DNA of 64,000 bases from Pseudomonadota bacterium (GTDB lineage: Bacteria > Myxococcota_A > Polyangia > Polyangiales > JAKSBK01), in contig JAKSBK010000095.1 of NCBI GenBank assembly GCA_022361155.1, forward strand, positions 27,462 through 91,461. Reading direction: 5' to 3'. The position numbers were made by a program, and so were the translations under genes. The notes beneath the pieces were generated by a model. That model did not search any database and had not been told where the DNA came from. It was given only the letters and a program-made list of their open reading frames with translations. Below, piece after piece: positions 53,366 through 62,567 of this stretch; position 1 is the stretch's first letter, and each line of letters begins with the position of its first letter.

Positions 53366-55123
53366 GTGCCCCCGCGGACTCACCGCTGCGGATTCAACAC
53401 CGCCGTTCCATCACTCGACCGTGATGGCTCGACCAACGCCCCCCATGCTGGCGCGAACGGCCTCGGTGCGCGGTCGCCATGGGTGCTGGTGTGCCTGCTG
53501 GCCGTGGCGGTCTGGAGTCAGCCGGCCCGGGCCTGGACCAGGGCGTACATCACCAGCGCCAAGAGTCACGTTCAACTGCTGAGCCCAGCTCGAGTGCGGG
53601 TTGTCCTCGTGCTCACGTTGCAGGTACGTGGTGGCTGGCTCACGCACCTGGACATCGCAGGACTGGACCGCAGCCTGCTGCTCGACCCGCTCAAGCCGCC
53701 CTGGATCGAGGGGGCCAAGGGAGACAAGTACCGGCCGCTCGCAAGGCTGATGCGTGACGGCACCTTGCGTTTGAGCTTCCCCAACAAGCGGCAGGCCCCC
53801 TGGCGCGGGCGCTACCACGTGGTGGTGATGTACACGAGCGCTATCGCGGGCTCCGTCGCTGGGGACCACACCCGCTACGAGTGGACGCTCCCTGCCTGGC
53901 GAGGCGGCTTGACCGATGTGCGCATTTCGGTCGCGGCTCCGGCGGGCTCTTACGCAGAGCGCTACCCAGAAGGACACGACCAGGTCAGCCGGCGAGAGCT
54001 CCCCTCCCTGACCCTGCTGAGTTGGCGCAAGGTCCATCTGCCGCGTACGCTGCCCTGGACGGTGCGCTTCGCCGTGCCGAGCGGCGGCGCTGTGACCGGT
54101 CAGGTTGATCAAGCCGGCCGACCTCCCCCGGTCGCATTGGAGGTCAAGGCGCCAGCATGGTGGGTCTCGGGGCTAATCGCACTGCTGACGCTCCTCAAGC
54201 TGCACACAGTGCGGGTTGTCGTGCTGCGCCGCCGCCTGCGGCGACGTCCCCTGCTGCAGCTGCGCTCCGGGCGGGTTCGATGCTTTTTGGCGGTGACGCT
54301 GGCTGCAGCGTCGCCCGCAGCCTTCGGCTTCGCCCCGTGGGCAGGCGTGGCGCTGCTGGCCCTTTGCGTGGCTCTTGGGCTCGATCGAAGCTTCGTGCGC
54401 CTACCCGAGGCCGCGACCGCCTCGTGGCGCCCGCTCGAGGCCGGCGATCGCAACCGCGTCCGTGCCGGGCGCTGGCTGGACGTGCTCGGCGGAGCAGCTT
54501 GGTTTGATGCCACGACGCCCCTCGGGGCCGCGCTCTTGCTGCTCGCGATGGCCCTGACCGCCACGCTCCATGCGTCCGGTCACCGGGAGGCGCAGTGGGC
54601 CGCGCTGTCGTGGGCACTGGCCACACCGCTGTGGCTGTCGGCCACCCGAAAGCAGTTGCCCCCCGCCCTGGCCGATCGCGTCGCGCTGCTCGATCGTTAC
54701 GCCCACTCGCTGCCTGGACAACCGCGAAGCGCGGTCGAAGTGAGTCTCGAGGTGTTGGCATCCGAGCTTTGGCGCCTCGGCGACGCGCGGCTTGCGCTGC
54801 GGATGACCCCCCAGGCAGCCGCAGAGGCACGGCTGCATCTATGCATTCAGGAACACTGGCGCGGGGGAAGCTACGGCTTGCGCGCGTGCTGGGTGTGCGA
54901 CGCCGGCGCCGGTTCGACCTTCGCCGGCTCGGCCTTCGCGAATGCGCTCGAAGCCGCGCTCCCCGGCGGCACATGGACACGCGGTCAATACGTTCGGCCG
55001 GTTCTGGACGGGACAGCAGAGCTCGACGCCCTCAAAGCCGCGCTGCGCCAGGCGGCGAGCCATCCTGCCAAGGCGCCACCTACCCCTACGATCACTTCGA
55101 TAGTCGCTGACGCAGCGGCATAA
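53366..55123 (+). CDS. hypothetical membrane protein
   Basis: 585-codon ORF. Signal/anchor WVLVCLLAVAVWSQPARA, an extracytoplasmic domain of about 200 aa, then several TM helices. No family recognised. Confidence 0.6.
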   Translation: MPPRTHRCGFNTAVPSLDRDGSTNAPHAGANGLGARSPWVLVCLLAVAVWSQPARAWTRAYITSAKSHVQLLSPARVRVVLVLTLQVRGGWLTHLDIAGLDRSLLLDPLKPPWIEGAKGDKYRPLARLMRDGTLRLSFPNKRQAPWRGRYHVVVMYTSAIAGSVAGDHTRYEWTLPAWRGGLTDVRISVAAPAGSYAERYPEGHDQVSRRELPSLTLLSWRKVHLPRTLPWTVRFAVPSGGAVTGQVDQAGRPPPVALEVKAPAWWVSGLIALLTLLKLHTVRVVVLRRRLRRRPLLQLRSGRVRCFLAVTLAAASPAAFGFAPWAGVALLALCVALGLDRSFVRLPEAATASWRPLEAGDRNRVRAGRWLDVLGGAAWFDATTPLGAALLLLAMALTATLHASGHREAQWAALSWALATPLWLSATRKQLPPALADRVALLDRYAHSLPGQPRSAVEVSLEVLASELWRLGDARLALRMTPQAAAEARLHLCIQEHWRGGSYGLRACWVCDAGAGSTFAGSAFANALEAALPGGTWTRGQYVRPVLDGTAELDALKAALRQAASHPAKAPPTPTITSIVADAAA

Positions 55124-55652
55124 TAATGCTGTCGATACCTCGTACCGCGCGCACGACCTCGTCCTCTTCGACGTCGAAATCGACCAGAGCGCTCTGGATC
55201 TCGTCGTAGAGCCAGGTGCTGCCCTCGTCGTGCAGAGCGCACGACCTCGCCGTGTGCCCCTTGAGCTTGAGCTTGTGGGCGCTTGCGGCCGCTTTCTCCA
55301 AGACGAACACCGCTTCCCCAAGATACGAACGACTCGCGCTGAGACGATCCTCGAGCCCGACAAACAGCTCCGGCGAGAACCGCCGGTGCGCCGACATCGC
55401 GTCGGGTGCGGTCTGCTGCAGCTGCTCCAGGACGAGGTTCATCACGAGCACGTCATCGACGTACTGCAGCACGCCACGTGCACCGGGAATCACATTGGCG
55501 CTCGAGAGCCAATGCAGCAATACGCCGGCCGCTGCCACGCGGCCATCGTCGGGAACATCGGGGTCCTCCACGATCCTCAGCATCGCCTTGAGGCTATGAG
55601 GCAGCCCGATGATGGCCTCCCGGATGAACTCTATGAACCGCTCTCGCGACAT
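55092..55652 (-). CDS. hypothetical protein with DUF1232-like core motif
   Basis: 186 aa. VIPGARGVLQYVDDVLVMNLVLEQL resembles the YkvA/DUF1232 core. Convergent 32-nt overlap with the preceding gene. Confidence 0.55.
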   Translation of the reverse strand: MSRERFIEFIREAIIGLPHSLKAMLRIVEDPDVPDDGRVAAAGVLLHWLSSANVIPGARGVLQYVDDVLVMNLVLEQLQQTAPDAMSAHRRFSPELFVGLEDRLSASRSYLGEAVFVLEKAAASAHKLKLKGHTARSCALHDEGSTWLYDEIQSALVDFDVEEDEVVRAVRGIDSIIMPLRQRLSK

Positions 55653-55661
55653 GGGTCACGC

Positions 55662-57740
55662 CTACTCAGGTATCAAGTCTCGTCCCGCAGGGCAAGCGAT
55701 CTCAACACCCGTCTCTCCCATGTCGGTACGCAGTATCTTGAACTCCACGCGCCGGTTCTTCTCCCAAGCCGCGGGATCGTGGCCGGCATCTACAGGACAG
55801 CGCTCGCCGTAACCCGCGCTTCGCAAACGATCGGGCATGATCCTGCGTGACAGCAGGGCGTCCACCACCGATGCCGCACGGGCCCGCGTCAGCTTGATGT
55901 TGTACGCATCGCTCGCGCGCTCGTCCGCGTGGCCCTGAACCTCCACCAGGCGCAGCTGCGGGTTGCCTTGCAGCGTTGCCGCTACCGCATCGAGGATGGG
56001 GAAGCTGCGTGGCAAGATTTCGGCGCTGTTCGTGGCGAAGTAGATCTTGTCGAGAACGACGATTTGATCCTCCTCTACGATGACCGAGCCCTCATCCGGG
56101 CAGCCGTCCTCATCCGCGGTCCCGTTGTAGGTTTCGGGATCGTTGGGACACTCGTCGTCGCGATCCAGAATCCGATCTTGGTCGTTATCCAGATCGGGAC
56201 AACCGTTGTCGTCCTCGAACTGGTCGATGTCCTCCGGATCCTCCGGGCACATGTCGTCGGAGTCCAGAATCCCATCCTTGTCGTTGTCCGGATCGGGGCA
56301 GCCGTTTTCGTCCTCGAAGCCGTCTCGATCCTCCGGGTCATCAGGACACTCGTCCGCGTTATCGAGAATTCCGTCGCCGTCACGATCCCCGAGCGACTCC
56401 TCCGGGCAGCCGTCGTGGTCTGCGTCGCCGTCGTGGTCCTCGGGGATCAGTGGGCACTCGTCGTCCACATCGAGGAGCCCGTCTCGGTCGTTGTCCGGAT
56501 CGGGGCAACCCTCGGCGTCCTCGAAACCGTCGAAATCTTCCGGCTCATCCGGACACTGGTCGACGTCATCCTTGTAGCCATCGCCGTCCCGGTCGCCGAT
56601 CGAAGGCTCGAACACGAAACCCAGCACCGCCCGAAGCTCCGCGGTATTGACGCCCTGCTGGACCTCGGCCCCCCCGGCCAGGGTCAAGTAGCTGTTGCGC
56701 TCCACGAAGACCTTTATCCCTCCAAGCGCCTCGACTCCGAGGCCCCCGCGCTGCCCGAACGCACCCATGACCTGGGCGCCGTAGGCTTCCCCAACAAGCT
56801 CGAGCGGTCCACCGATGCGCAGGCTCGTGGCCAAGCCGAACGTGATCAGGTCGTCGTACCGAATCTCGTCGCCTCCCATGGGCAGGGACGGACAGGTGGC
56901 GTTGGTGACCACACCGGTCGCGGGCTGCGCCTGGCAGTATGGTGGTGGCGGCGAAACGGGCGGCACCAGCGCAAGAGGATCCGAGCGGGCATTCAACCGG
57001 ACCGTGGCGCCTGGCGACGCGTTGAAACGGTAGCCCGCGTTCAGGCCAACCCGAAACCGAGACACGGGCATCCACTCGACGGCCAGGCTTGGCCAGACCG
57101 AGATCCCCGGCTCCCCGCTGAACGCCGCCGTATTGCCGGTTGGCAGCCCCAGCTGCAGCGTCAATGCGACGCCCAGCGGATCGTATTCGGCCCGCAACAG
57201 ACGTGCCTTGGCGTGCAACACCAGATCGCCAATGCCCTGAGCGTTGAGACCCGAAGGAAGCGCGACGTCGTTGTACAGGTTCGGGATCACGGTCTTCGGA
57301 CCGCTGAGCACCTGAATCGGAAGCTGGCCGCCCAGCACGAAGCGATTGAGCAAACCGTAGTTGAAGCTGAGCGTTCCGGTGAACGCTCGCGCGACCAGGT
57401 GCTTGTTACGCTCGAGCATCTCAGGCGAGGACGCCAAACCTCCCCCGATAGAGACGTCCGGATTGTACGTGAAGCCCTGATACGGAAGGATGTCCGAGCC
57501 GAGGTCCAGAATGAGACCGAAGCTGTAGTCCTTGTGGCCAAGCACGTCGGTGCCGTTGAGCGCGAGGTAGCCCTTGGAGTCGATGGGCTGTCTGAACAGG
57601 CGCACGTCAAGACCCCCACCGCTCGTCAGCTCGGCGGTCTGAGCGACGGCATCCACGCTGGGCGTCAGGGCAAGTGCAAGGACACACCCAATACGGCCAA
57701 TCCAGGAGTGCGGTACCCACCCACTCAGGTGGTGCAGCAT
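55662..57740 (-). CDS. OmpA-family outer membrane protein with thrombospondin type 3 (calcium-binding) repeats
   Basis: Signal peptide and an N-terminal beta-barrel-like region. Seven or more D.D.DG..D..D.CP repeats. The C-terminal OmpA domain has IYFATNSAEI...GHADERASDAYNIKLTRARA. Confidence 0.92.
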   Translation of the reverse strand: MLHHLSGWVPHSWIGRIGCVLALALTPSVDAVAQTAELTSGGGLDVRLFRQPIDSKGYLALNGTDVLGHKDYSFGLILDLGSDILPYQGFTYNPDVSIGGGLASSPEMLERNKHLVARAFTGTLSFNYGLLNRFVLGGQLPIQVLSGPKTVIPNLYNDVALPSGLNAQGIGDLVLHAKARLLRAEYDPLGVALTLQLGLPTGNTAAFSGEPGISVWPSLAVEWMPVSRFRVGLNAGYRFNASPGATVRLNARSDPLALVPPVSPPPPYCQAQPATGVVTNATCPSLPMGGDEIRYDDLITFGLATSLRIGGPLELVGEAYGAQVMGAFGQRGGLGVEALGGIKVFVERNSYLTLAGGAEVQQGVNTAELRAVLGFVFEPSIGDRDGDGYKDDVDQCPDEPEDFDGFEDAEGCPDPDNDRDGLLDVDDECPLIPEDHDGDADHDGCPEESLGDRDGDGILDNADECPDDPEDRDGFEDENGCPDPDNDKDGILDSDDMCPEDPEDIDQFEDDNGCPDLDNDQDRILDRDDECPNDPETYNGTADEDGCPDEGSVIVEEDQIVVLDKIYFATNSAEILPRSFPILDAVAATLQGNPQLRLVEVQGHADERASDAYNIKLTRARAASVVDALLSRRIMPDRLRSAGYGERCPVDAGHDPAAWEKNRRVEFKILRTDMGETGVEIACPAGRDLIPE

Positions 57741-57929
57741 TTACACTGACCCCTCGACCTCTCGCTCACATCCCAGACCTTCGGCGTGGGAGGCGAACTA
57801 TCACGTAACGTTTAATCGTGTCAAACTCACGAGACCGCCGAACTGCCAGTGTAACAGGCGACGTAACCGTTCAGGCCCCTGGAAGTCGGTTTTTCGGCCA
57901 AAACGCTGCCGGCCGCGCAGGCGACCGGT

Positions 57930-59633
57930 CTATTTCTCCGAGTAGGTTTCGAGGATTCGCAAGTACCCCGCGGTGCGCCTTGATCCCGGATAACGCTCGC
58001 TATAGCTCTTCATCGCCCTAAGGGCGTCGTCCATCAGACCTGCCGCCCTGTAGGTCTCTATGAGAATCGCCCACTGCTGCGCGGTACGCGCCTGACCGTT
58101 GCCTAGGGCCTGGATCACACAGGCTTGATCGCCTCGCACCAGGCAGTCGTTGACGACCTTGTCGAGGTCGGCTGGATCGGCTTCCGGCGCTGGCTCCTGA
58201 TTGGCGGCCCGGACCTCCTTGACGGCCGCCGGTTGTGGGCTCCTTGCGGCTCGTCGACGCGGGCGACGACGCCGAGGCGCCGGCGCCCGCACGACCTTGG
58301 CGGGCGCGGGTTGCTTCAAGGCGTCAAGCCGCGTCTCCAAGGTCTCAAGCTCCTGAAGTACCTGCTGTGGCAGATCGGACAGCTTGCGCACCGCACGCAA
58401 CTCGGCGTCCGCCCCCGTCGTGTCCTTGGCCTCGATCATCCGGCGCAGCTGCTCGAGGCGCTCGCCGGCATACCGTCGCGCGGCCTCCGCAAGCTCCGGC
58501 TTCGCAGCAAAAGCGCCATCAGGCGAAAGCTGCGAGAAGTGCAAGTAGGCGCCCTTGGCGTCCCCCTGCTCGAGCGCGTGCTTGCCGGCGGCGTAGGCCT
58601 GCTGATCGTCGAGCTGAAGGCGTGCCCTGTCCCTGCAGGCCCTGGCTGCGCGGTCGCGAGGCTCCCGTTTCAGAGCGCGCTTCGCATGCCTTACGGCGAG
58701 CGCATAGTCGCCCGCGGCCACGGCCGCCTCGCACCGCGCCCGTAACTCGGCGACGCTCTCCCGCTTGTCGATCCTCGTGACACCTCGAGTCACCGGCGGA
58801 TTGTCGGGCGCCGGTTCGACCTTGGCGCTCCCGCCGGACCCGGGTGTGGTTCCCTGGCTAGTCGCAAACCAAATGGCCCCGGCCAGGCAGGCCAGAGCGA
58901 CGCTTGCGAAGACCGCCGGAGCCAGCCGGCGTTGCGCGACGGGGACATCGATGATGTATTGCGCTGCCTCCTCGGGATCGAAGAGGAAATCGAGTCCAGC
59001 CGGCACATACCGCAACACGGCGCGCCCGACCTGGATGACATCGCCCGGACCGAGCGTCGCCTCGGTCACGGGAGCGCCGTTGAGGTAGGTCGTTAGCGGT
59101 GTTCCCGAGTCGATGAGACGGAACACTCCGTTTTGCCCGTGAATCTGGGCGTGCTCGCGGGCCACCGTGCGATCGTTGAGCTGGATATCCATGTTGGTGG
59201 CGCGGCCCATCCGGTAGACCCCGTCCGACAGCGAGAACTCGGCACCCGGCGTGGCTCCACCTATCATCACCACGCGCGGCGGTAACTGAGCGGGCTGGGT
59301 TGGGATCGCTGCCGCCACGGGGGCAGGAGGACTGTCGGTGTCCCGGTCAAGCTCGATAGCGAGGACGTAGTCACCGATCGAGAACTTGTCGCCGGCCTGA
59401 AGCTCCGGCTCGCCCTCCACCCGCTGGCCGTTCAGGTAGACCCCGTTGTACGATTGTAGATCCCGCAGATGGTAGGCGCCGTTGTACCGCCGCAGCTCGG
59501 CATGCTGCCTCGAGACGTTGCGCTCGGTCAGGCGAATGGTGTTTCCTTCCGTTCGGCCGATCGCGATTTCGTCACGCACCAGCGGCACCACGGTCGTCCG
59601 ACCTTCATCATCGGAGATGACAAGCTTGTACAT
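57930..59633 (-). CDS. dual-FHA-domain membrane protein with TPR-like C-terminal region
   Basis: FHA1 has IAIGRTEGNTIRLTERNVSRQHAEL...NGVYLNG. FHA2 has YRMGRATNMDIQLNDRTVAREHAQI...TYLNG. TM helix VFASVALACLAGAIWFA. Helical repeat tail. Confidence 0.9.
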   Translation of the reverse strand: MYKLVISDDEGRTTVVPLVRDEIAIGRTEGNTIRLTERNVSRQHAELRRYNGAYHLRDLQSYNGVYLNGQRVEGEPELQAGDKFSIGDYVLAIELDRDTDSPPAPVAAAIPTQPAQLPPRVVMIGGATPGAEFSLSDGVYRMGRATNMDIQLNDRTVAREHAQIHGQNGVFRLIDSGTPLTTYLNGAPVTEATLGPGDVIQVGRAVLRYVPAGLDFLFDPEEAAQYIIDVPVAQRRLAPAVFASVALACLAGAIWFATSQGTTPGSGGSAKVEPAPDNPPVTRGVTRIDKRESVAELRARCEAAVAAGDYALAVRHAKRALKREPRDRAARACRDRARLQLDDQQAYAAGKHALEQGDAKGAYLHFSQLSPDGAFAAKPELAEAARRYAGERLEQLRRMIEAKDTTGADAELRAVRKLSDLPQQVLQELETLETRLDALKQPAPAKVVRAPAPRRRRPRRRAARSPQPAAVKEVRAANQEPAPEADPADLDKVVNDCLVRGDQACVIQALGNGQARTAQQWAILIETYRAAGLMDDALRAMKSYSERYPGSRRTAGYLRILETYSEK

Positions 59634-59805
59634 CCGTCCAGTGTGTTAGCTTATCCCATCGTCAGTGTTGGCCCGATTCCCGCGGCGGAAGGTATTGTAC
59701 CATGTCACGGGCAGCGCGAAGGCGACCCTGGAAAGTATACCAAAGTCCGAACTGTCCGGTAAGACCCGGACGCGGGGCAGCGCTGGGCGGCCCCTTGGAG
59801 CACGG

Positions 59806-59852
59806 CGGTCCTCGCCCAAATGCGTAAGTTGTTCTTTCGCGGGCCCTTGGCG
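59806..59852 (+). repeat. copy 3 of the ~50-nt intergenic repeat family
   Basis: The sequence is cggtcctcgcccaaatgcgtaagttgttctttcgcgggcccttggcg. It ends 18 nt upstream of the mtnP GTG. Confidence 0.75.
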
Positions 59853-59870
59853 TGCTAGCTTCCTCGCCCC

Positions 59871-60755
59871 GTGAGCCAGACCATGTCGCCAGCAACCTTG
59901 GGAGTTATCGGAGGCAGCGGCCTGTATCGGATGGAAGGCTTGGCTGACGTCGACGAGATCGAGGTCAGCACCGCGTTCGGCAATCCGTCCGACCGCATCG
60001 TGCAGGCCAGGCTCGGGCAGGTGCGCTTTTTGTTTCTGCCTCGTCACGGCCGGGAACATCACCTGCCGCCGCATCGGATCAACTACCGGGCCAACATCCT
60101 CGCCCTCAAGCAGCTCGGCGCTCAACAAATCGTCAGCGTGTCGGCGGTGGGCTCGCTCGACGAGCAGCTGCGGCCGGGAGAGCTCGTGCTCGTGGACCAG
60201 TTCCTCGACCGCACGACCAAGAGGGCCAACACCTTCTTCGAGGATCACGGCGTCGTCGTTCACGTGGGGCTTGCGGACCCGATCGACCCGGCCTTGGCCG
60301 ACGCCATCACCGAGTCCGCCGAGCGGGTGGGCGTGCACGTGCACCGGGGCGGGACGTACGTGTGCATCGAAGGGCCCCAGTTTTCGACACGCGCAGAGTC
60401 GCACCTCTACCGGGCCTGGGGCGCCGCGGTAGTGGGCATGACCAACCTGCCGGAAGCCCGCCTGGCAAGAGAAGCCCAGCTTCCCTACGCGAGCATGGCG
60501 TGGGTGACGGACTACGATTGCTGGCACCAGACCGAGGCGCCCGTCAGCGTGGAGGCCGTGCTCGCCGTGCTGCAAGCGAACGCACGCAACTCACAGCGAA
60601 TACTGTCCGAGCTGACCTCGCGCCTGCCGGACCCGGCCAAGAGCCCAGCCTCGAAGGCTCTCGAGGATGCCGTCTTGACAGACTTGGCGGGCCTTCCCCC
60701 CGCAACGTTGGCCGACCTGGGGCCGCTCCTTGCTCGACCGAAAGGTAACGCATGA
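59871..60755 (+). CDS. mtnP: S-methyl-5'-thioadenosine phosphorylase
   Basis: LGVIGGSGLY, FLPRHGREH..PPHRINYRANI, VGMTNLPEARLAREA, and WVTDYDCW. The start is GTG 59871 or ATG 59883. Confidence 0.92.
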   Translation: MSQTMSPATLGVIGGSGLYRMEGLADVDEIEVSTAFGNPSDRIVQARLGQVRFLFLPRHGREHHLPPHRINYRANILALKQLGAQQIVSVSAVGSLDEQLRPGELVLVDQFLDRTTKRANTFFEDHGVVVHVGLADPIDPALADAITESAERVGVHVHRGGTYVCIEGPQFSTRAESHLYRAWGAAVVGMTNLPEARLAREAQLPYASMAWVTDYDCWHQTEAPVSVEAVLAVLQANARNSQRILSELTSRLPDPAKSPASKALEDAVLTDLAGLPPATLADLGPLLARPKGNA

Positions 60756-61663
60756 CCTCGATGCTCGTCGTCGGCTCGGTCGCCTTCGACACGCTCCACA
60801 TCGCGCAGCAGGTGTATCCGCGGGTGCTGGGCGGCTCTGCCACCTACGCTTCGCTCGCCGGCTCGATGTTCACGGGCGTGCGCCTGGTAGCCGTCGTGGG
60901 ACGGGATTTTCCTCGGGATGCCAAGCACACACTGAGCGAGCGGGGCGTCGATCTGGCGGGACTCGAGCAGCGCGATGGCAAGACCTTCCACTGGGAGGGC
61001 CGCTACTCCGATGATTTCGGCGCTCGCACCACGCTGCGCACGGACCTCAACGTCTTCGCGGATTTTCGCCCCGAAATCCCGGACTCGTGGCGCCAAACGC
61101 CTTTCCTCATGTTGGGCAACATCGATCCGTCCCTGCAGCTGCTGGTCTTGGATCAGGTGACCGCACCGCGCTTGGTGGTGGCCGACACCATGAATTACTG
61201 GATCGAAGGCAAGCCTGCAGAGCTGAAGCGAGTGCTCGAGCGCGTGCATGTGTTGGTCATCAACGACGAGGAAGCTCGACAGCTGGCTCGCGTGCCCAAT
61301 CTCGTTCGGGCAGGCCGCGCCCTGCAAAAAATGGGCCCCTCGGCGGTGATCGTAAAGAAGGGAGAGCATGGAGCTCTCCTGTTCGATCGCGAGGAGATCT
61401 TCACGGCACCGGCGCTACCCCTCGACCAGATCTCGGACCCGACGGGAGCCGGCGACTGCTTCGCTGGAGGTCTGCTCGGCTTTCTCGCCAGCCGCGGAGA
61501 CGTGAGCCCCGCTTTGTTGCGGCGCGGCGTCGTCTACGGCTCGGTCGTGGCTTCCCTGTGCGTGGAGGGAATCGGTCCCGAACGCCTGATCAGCGCATCA
61601 AACACGGACCTGCGCCGGCGCTTTGCCCATTTTCGGCAGCTTGTGGCTTTTGGTGAGGGGTAA
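60752..61663 (+). CDS. PfkB-family carbohydrate/nucleoside kinase
   Basis: GGSATYASL and the C-terminal DPTGAGDCFAGG signature. The ATG overlaps the mtnP stop by 4 nt. Confidence 0.88.
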   Translation: MTSMLVVGSVAFDTLHIAQQVYPRVLGGSATYASLAGSMFTGVRLVAVVGRDFPRDAKHTLSERGVDLAGLEQRDGKTFHWEGRYSDDFGARTTLRTDLNVFADFRPEIPDSWRQTPFLMLGNIDPSLQLLVLDQVTAPRLVVADTMNYWIEGKPAELKRVLERVHVLVINDEEARQLARVPNLVRAGRALQKMGPSAVIVKKGEHGALLFDREEIFTAPALPLDQISDPTGAGDCFAGGLLGFLASRGDVSPALLRRGVVYGSVVASLCVEGIGPERLISASNTDLRRRFAHFRQLVAFGEG

Positions 61664-61799
61664 GACCCCGTTCCAGAGCTCGCTCCAGTCGCCCGGCTTG
61701 CGGCGTGGAACCGGGCAGTACCGGCGGGGTCGCCGACGCAAGCGCCGACACATCGGCTGCAGGCGACGCCAACGTGCCGGTATCACACAAGTTACGGAG

Positions 61800-61881
61800 T
61801 GCCGGGGGCGGGACTCGAACCCGCACACCACTGGGGTCGGCGATTTTAAGTCGCCTGCGTCTGCCATTCCGCCACCCCGGC
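61800..61881 (-). tRNA. tRNA-Leu (anticodon UAA), class II
   Basis: The minus strand reads GCCGGGG TG GCGGAATGGCAGACGCA GGCGA CTTAAAA TCGCC GACCCCAGTGGTGT GCGGG TTCGAGT CCCGC CCCCGGC A. Confidence 0.9.
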
Positions 61882-61892
61882 GTTTCCAGGGA

Positions 61893-62306
61893 TCACAACG
61901 TCCTCGGTGCCGGCGAATCCGAAGGGCGCCGGCCGGGACCAGGCACCTCGGGCTCGATGCCGCATGGACGATTCTGTCTATCGACACGCACGACGCGGGG
62001 TTGGTGGCGCCTTGCCTCTTCCTCGGTTAGCTCGCCAAAAACCGCCAGAATCACCATGTCACCCGGTCGGTTGTGGTGCGCCGCAGCCCCGTTTACGCAC
62101 ACCACGCCGGACTGTCGCGGGCCGGGCAGCAGGTAGGTGGCGAGACGTGAGCCGCGTGTGATGTTCCACACGTGGACCTCCTCGTGGGCAAGCATACCGG
62201 CCGCGTCCATGAGGTCGGCATCCACGGTCAGGCTCCCCTCGTAGTCGAGATCCGCGTGCGTGATGACGGCCCGATGAATCTTGCCCAAGAACATGCGACG
62301 ACGCAT
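61893..62306 (-). CDS. panD: aspartate 1-decarboxylase
   Basis: [29 protein letters not shown], including the self-processing G-S site, and [13 protein letters not shown]. Confidence 0.95.
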   Translation of the reverse strand: MRRRMFLGKIHRAVITHADLDYEGSLTVDADLMDAAGMLAHEEVHVWNITRGSRLATYLLPGPRQSGVVCVNGAAAHHNRPGDMVILAVFGELTEEEARRHQPRVVRVDRQNRPCGIEPEVPGPGRRPSDSPAPRTL

Positions 62307-62323
62307 CTGTACCCTAATGGATT

Positions 62324-62414
62324 GTGCCCTGCGATGGTGCCCTGCGATGGTGCCCTGCGATTGTACCCTGCGATGGTGCCCTGCGCTTGCAGCCCGCGAT
62401 CGTAGCCTGCGATG
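62324..62414. repeat. 13-bp tandem repeat, 7 head-to-tail copies (consensus GTGCCCTGCGATG)
   Basis: Units start at 62324, 62337, 62350, 62363, 62376, 62389 and 62402. The first two are identical and later ones diverge progressively. A degenerate unit lies at 62309-62321. The panD ATG is at 62306. Confidence 0.9.
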
Positions 62415-62567
62415 ATCGCCGTGAAGACAGCCCCCTTGAGCCCCTCCCGAGAGAGCCCTGCGCCCGGTGTAGCGTCGCCGCCTGAGGGTCGCAAGGGCGC
62501 GTCCTCGGCCGTTGAAGGCATGCGTCTAATTGCGAGCGCAGCCTGAATCGTGGTAGCGCGTGCCGTT

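Noticed and set aside
56100-56600. DNA-level periodicity suggestive of a repeat element
   Set aside because: It is explained by the in-frame thrombospondin type 3 Asp-rich repeats of the OmpA-family CDS.
55929-57749. 606-aa plus-strand ORF
   Set aside because: It is antisense to the OmpA/TSP3 gene, which has clear signal peptide, repeat and OmpA-domain evidence.
59845-59862. Sigma-54 promoter within repeat copy 3 (TTGGCG...GCTAGCTT)
   Set aside because: The GG-to-GC spacing does not fit the -24/-12 consensus. The equivalent segment of copy 1 lacks the GG dinucleotide.
62324-62414. CRISPR array hypothesis for the 13-bp repeats
   Set aside because: The units are contiguous with no spacers and far too short. 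No cas genes are in the window. This is a simple tandem repeat.
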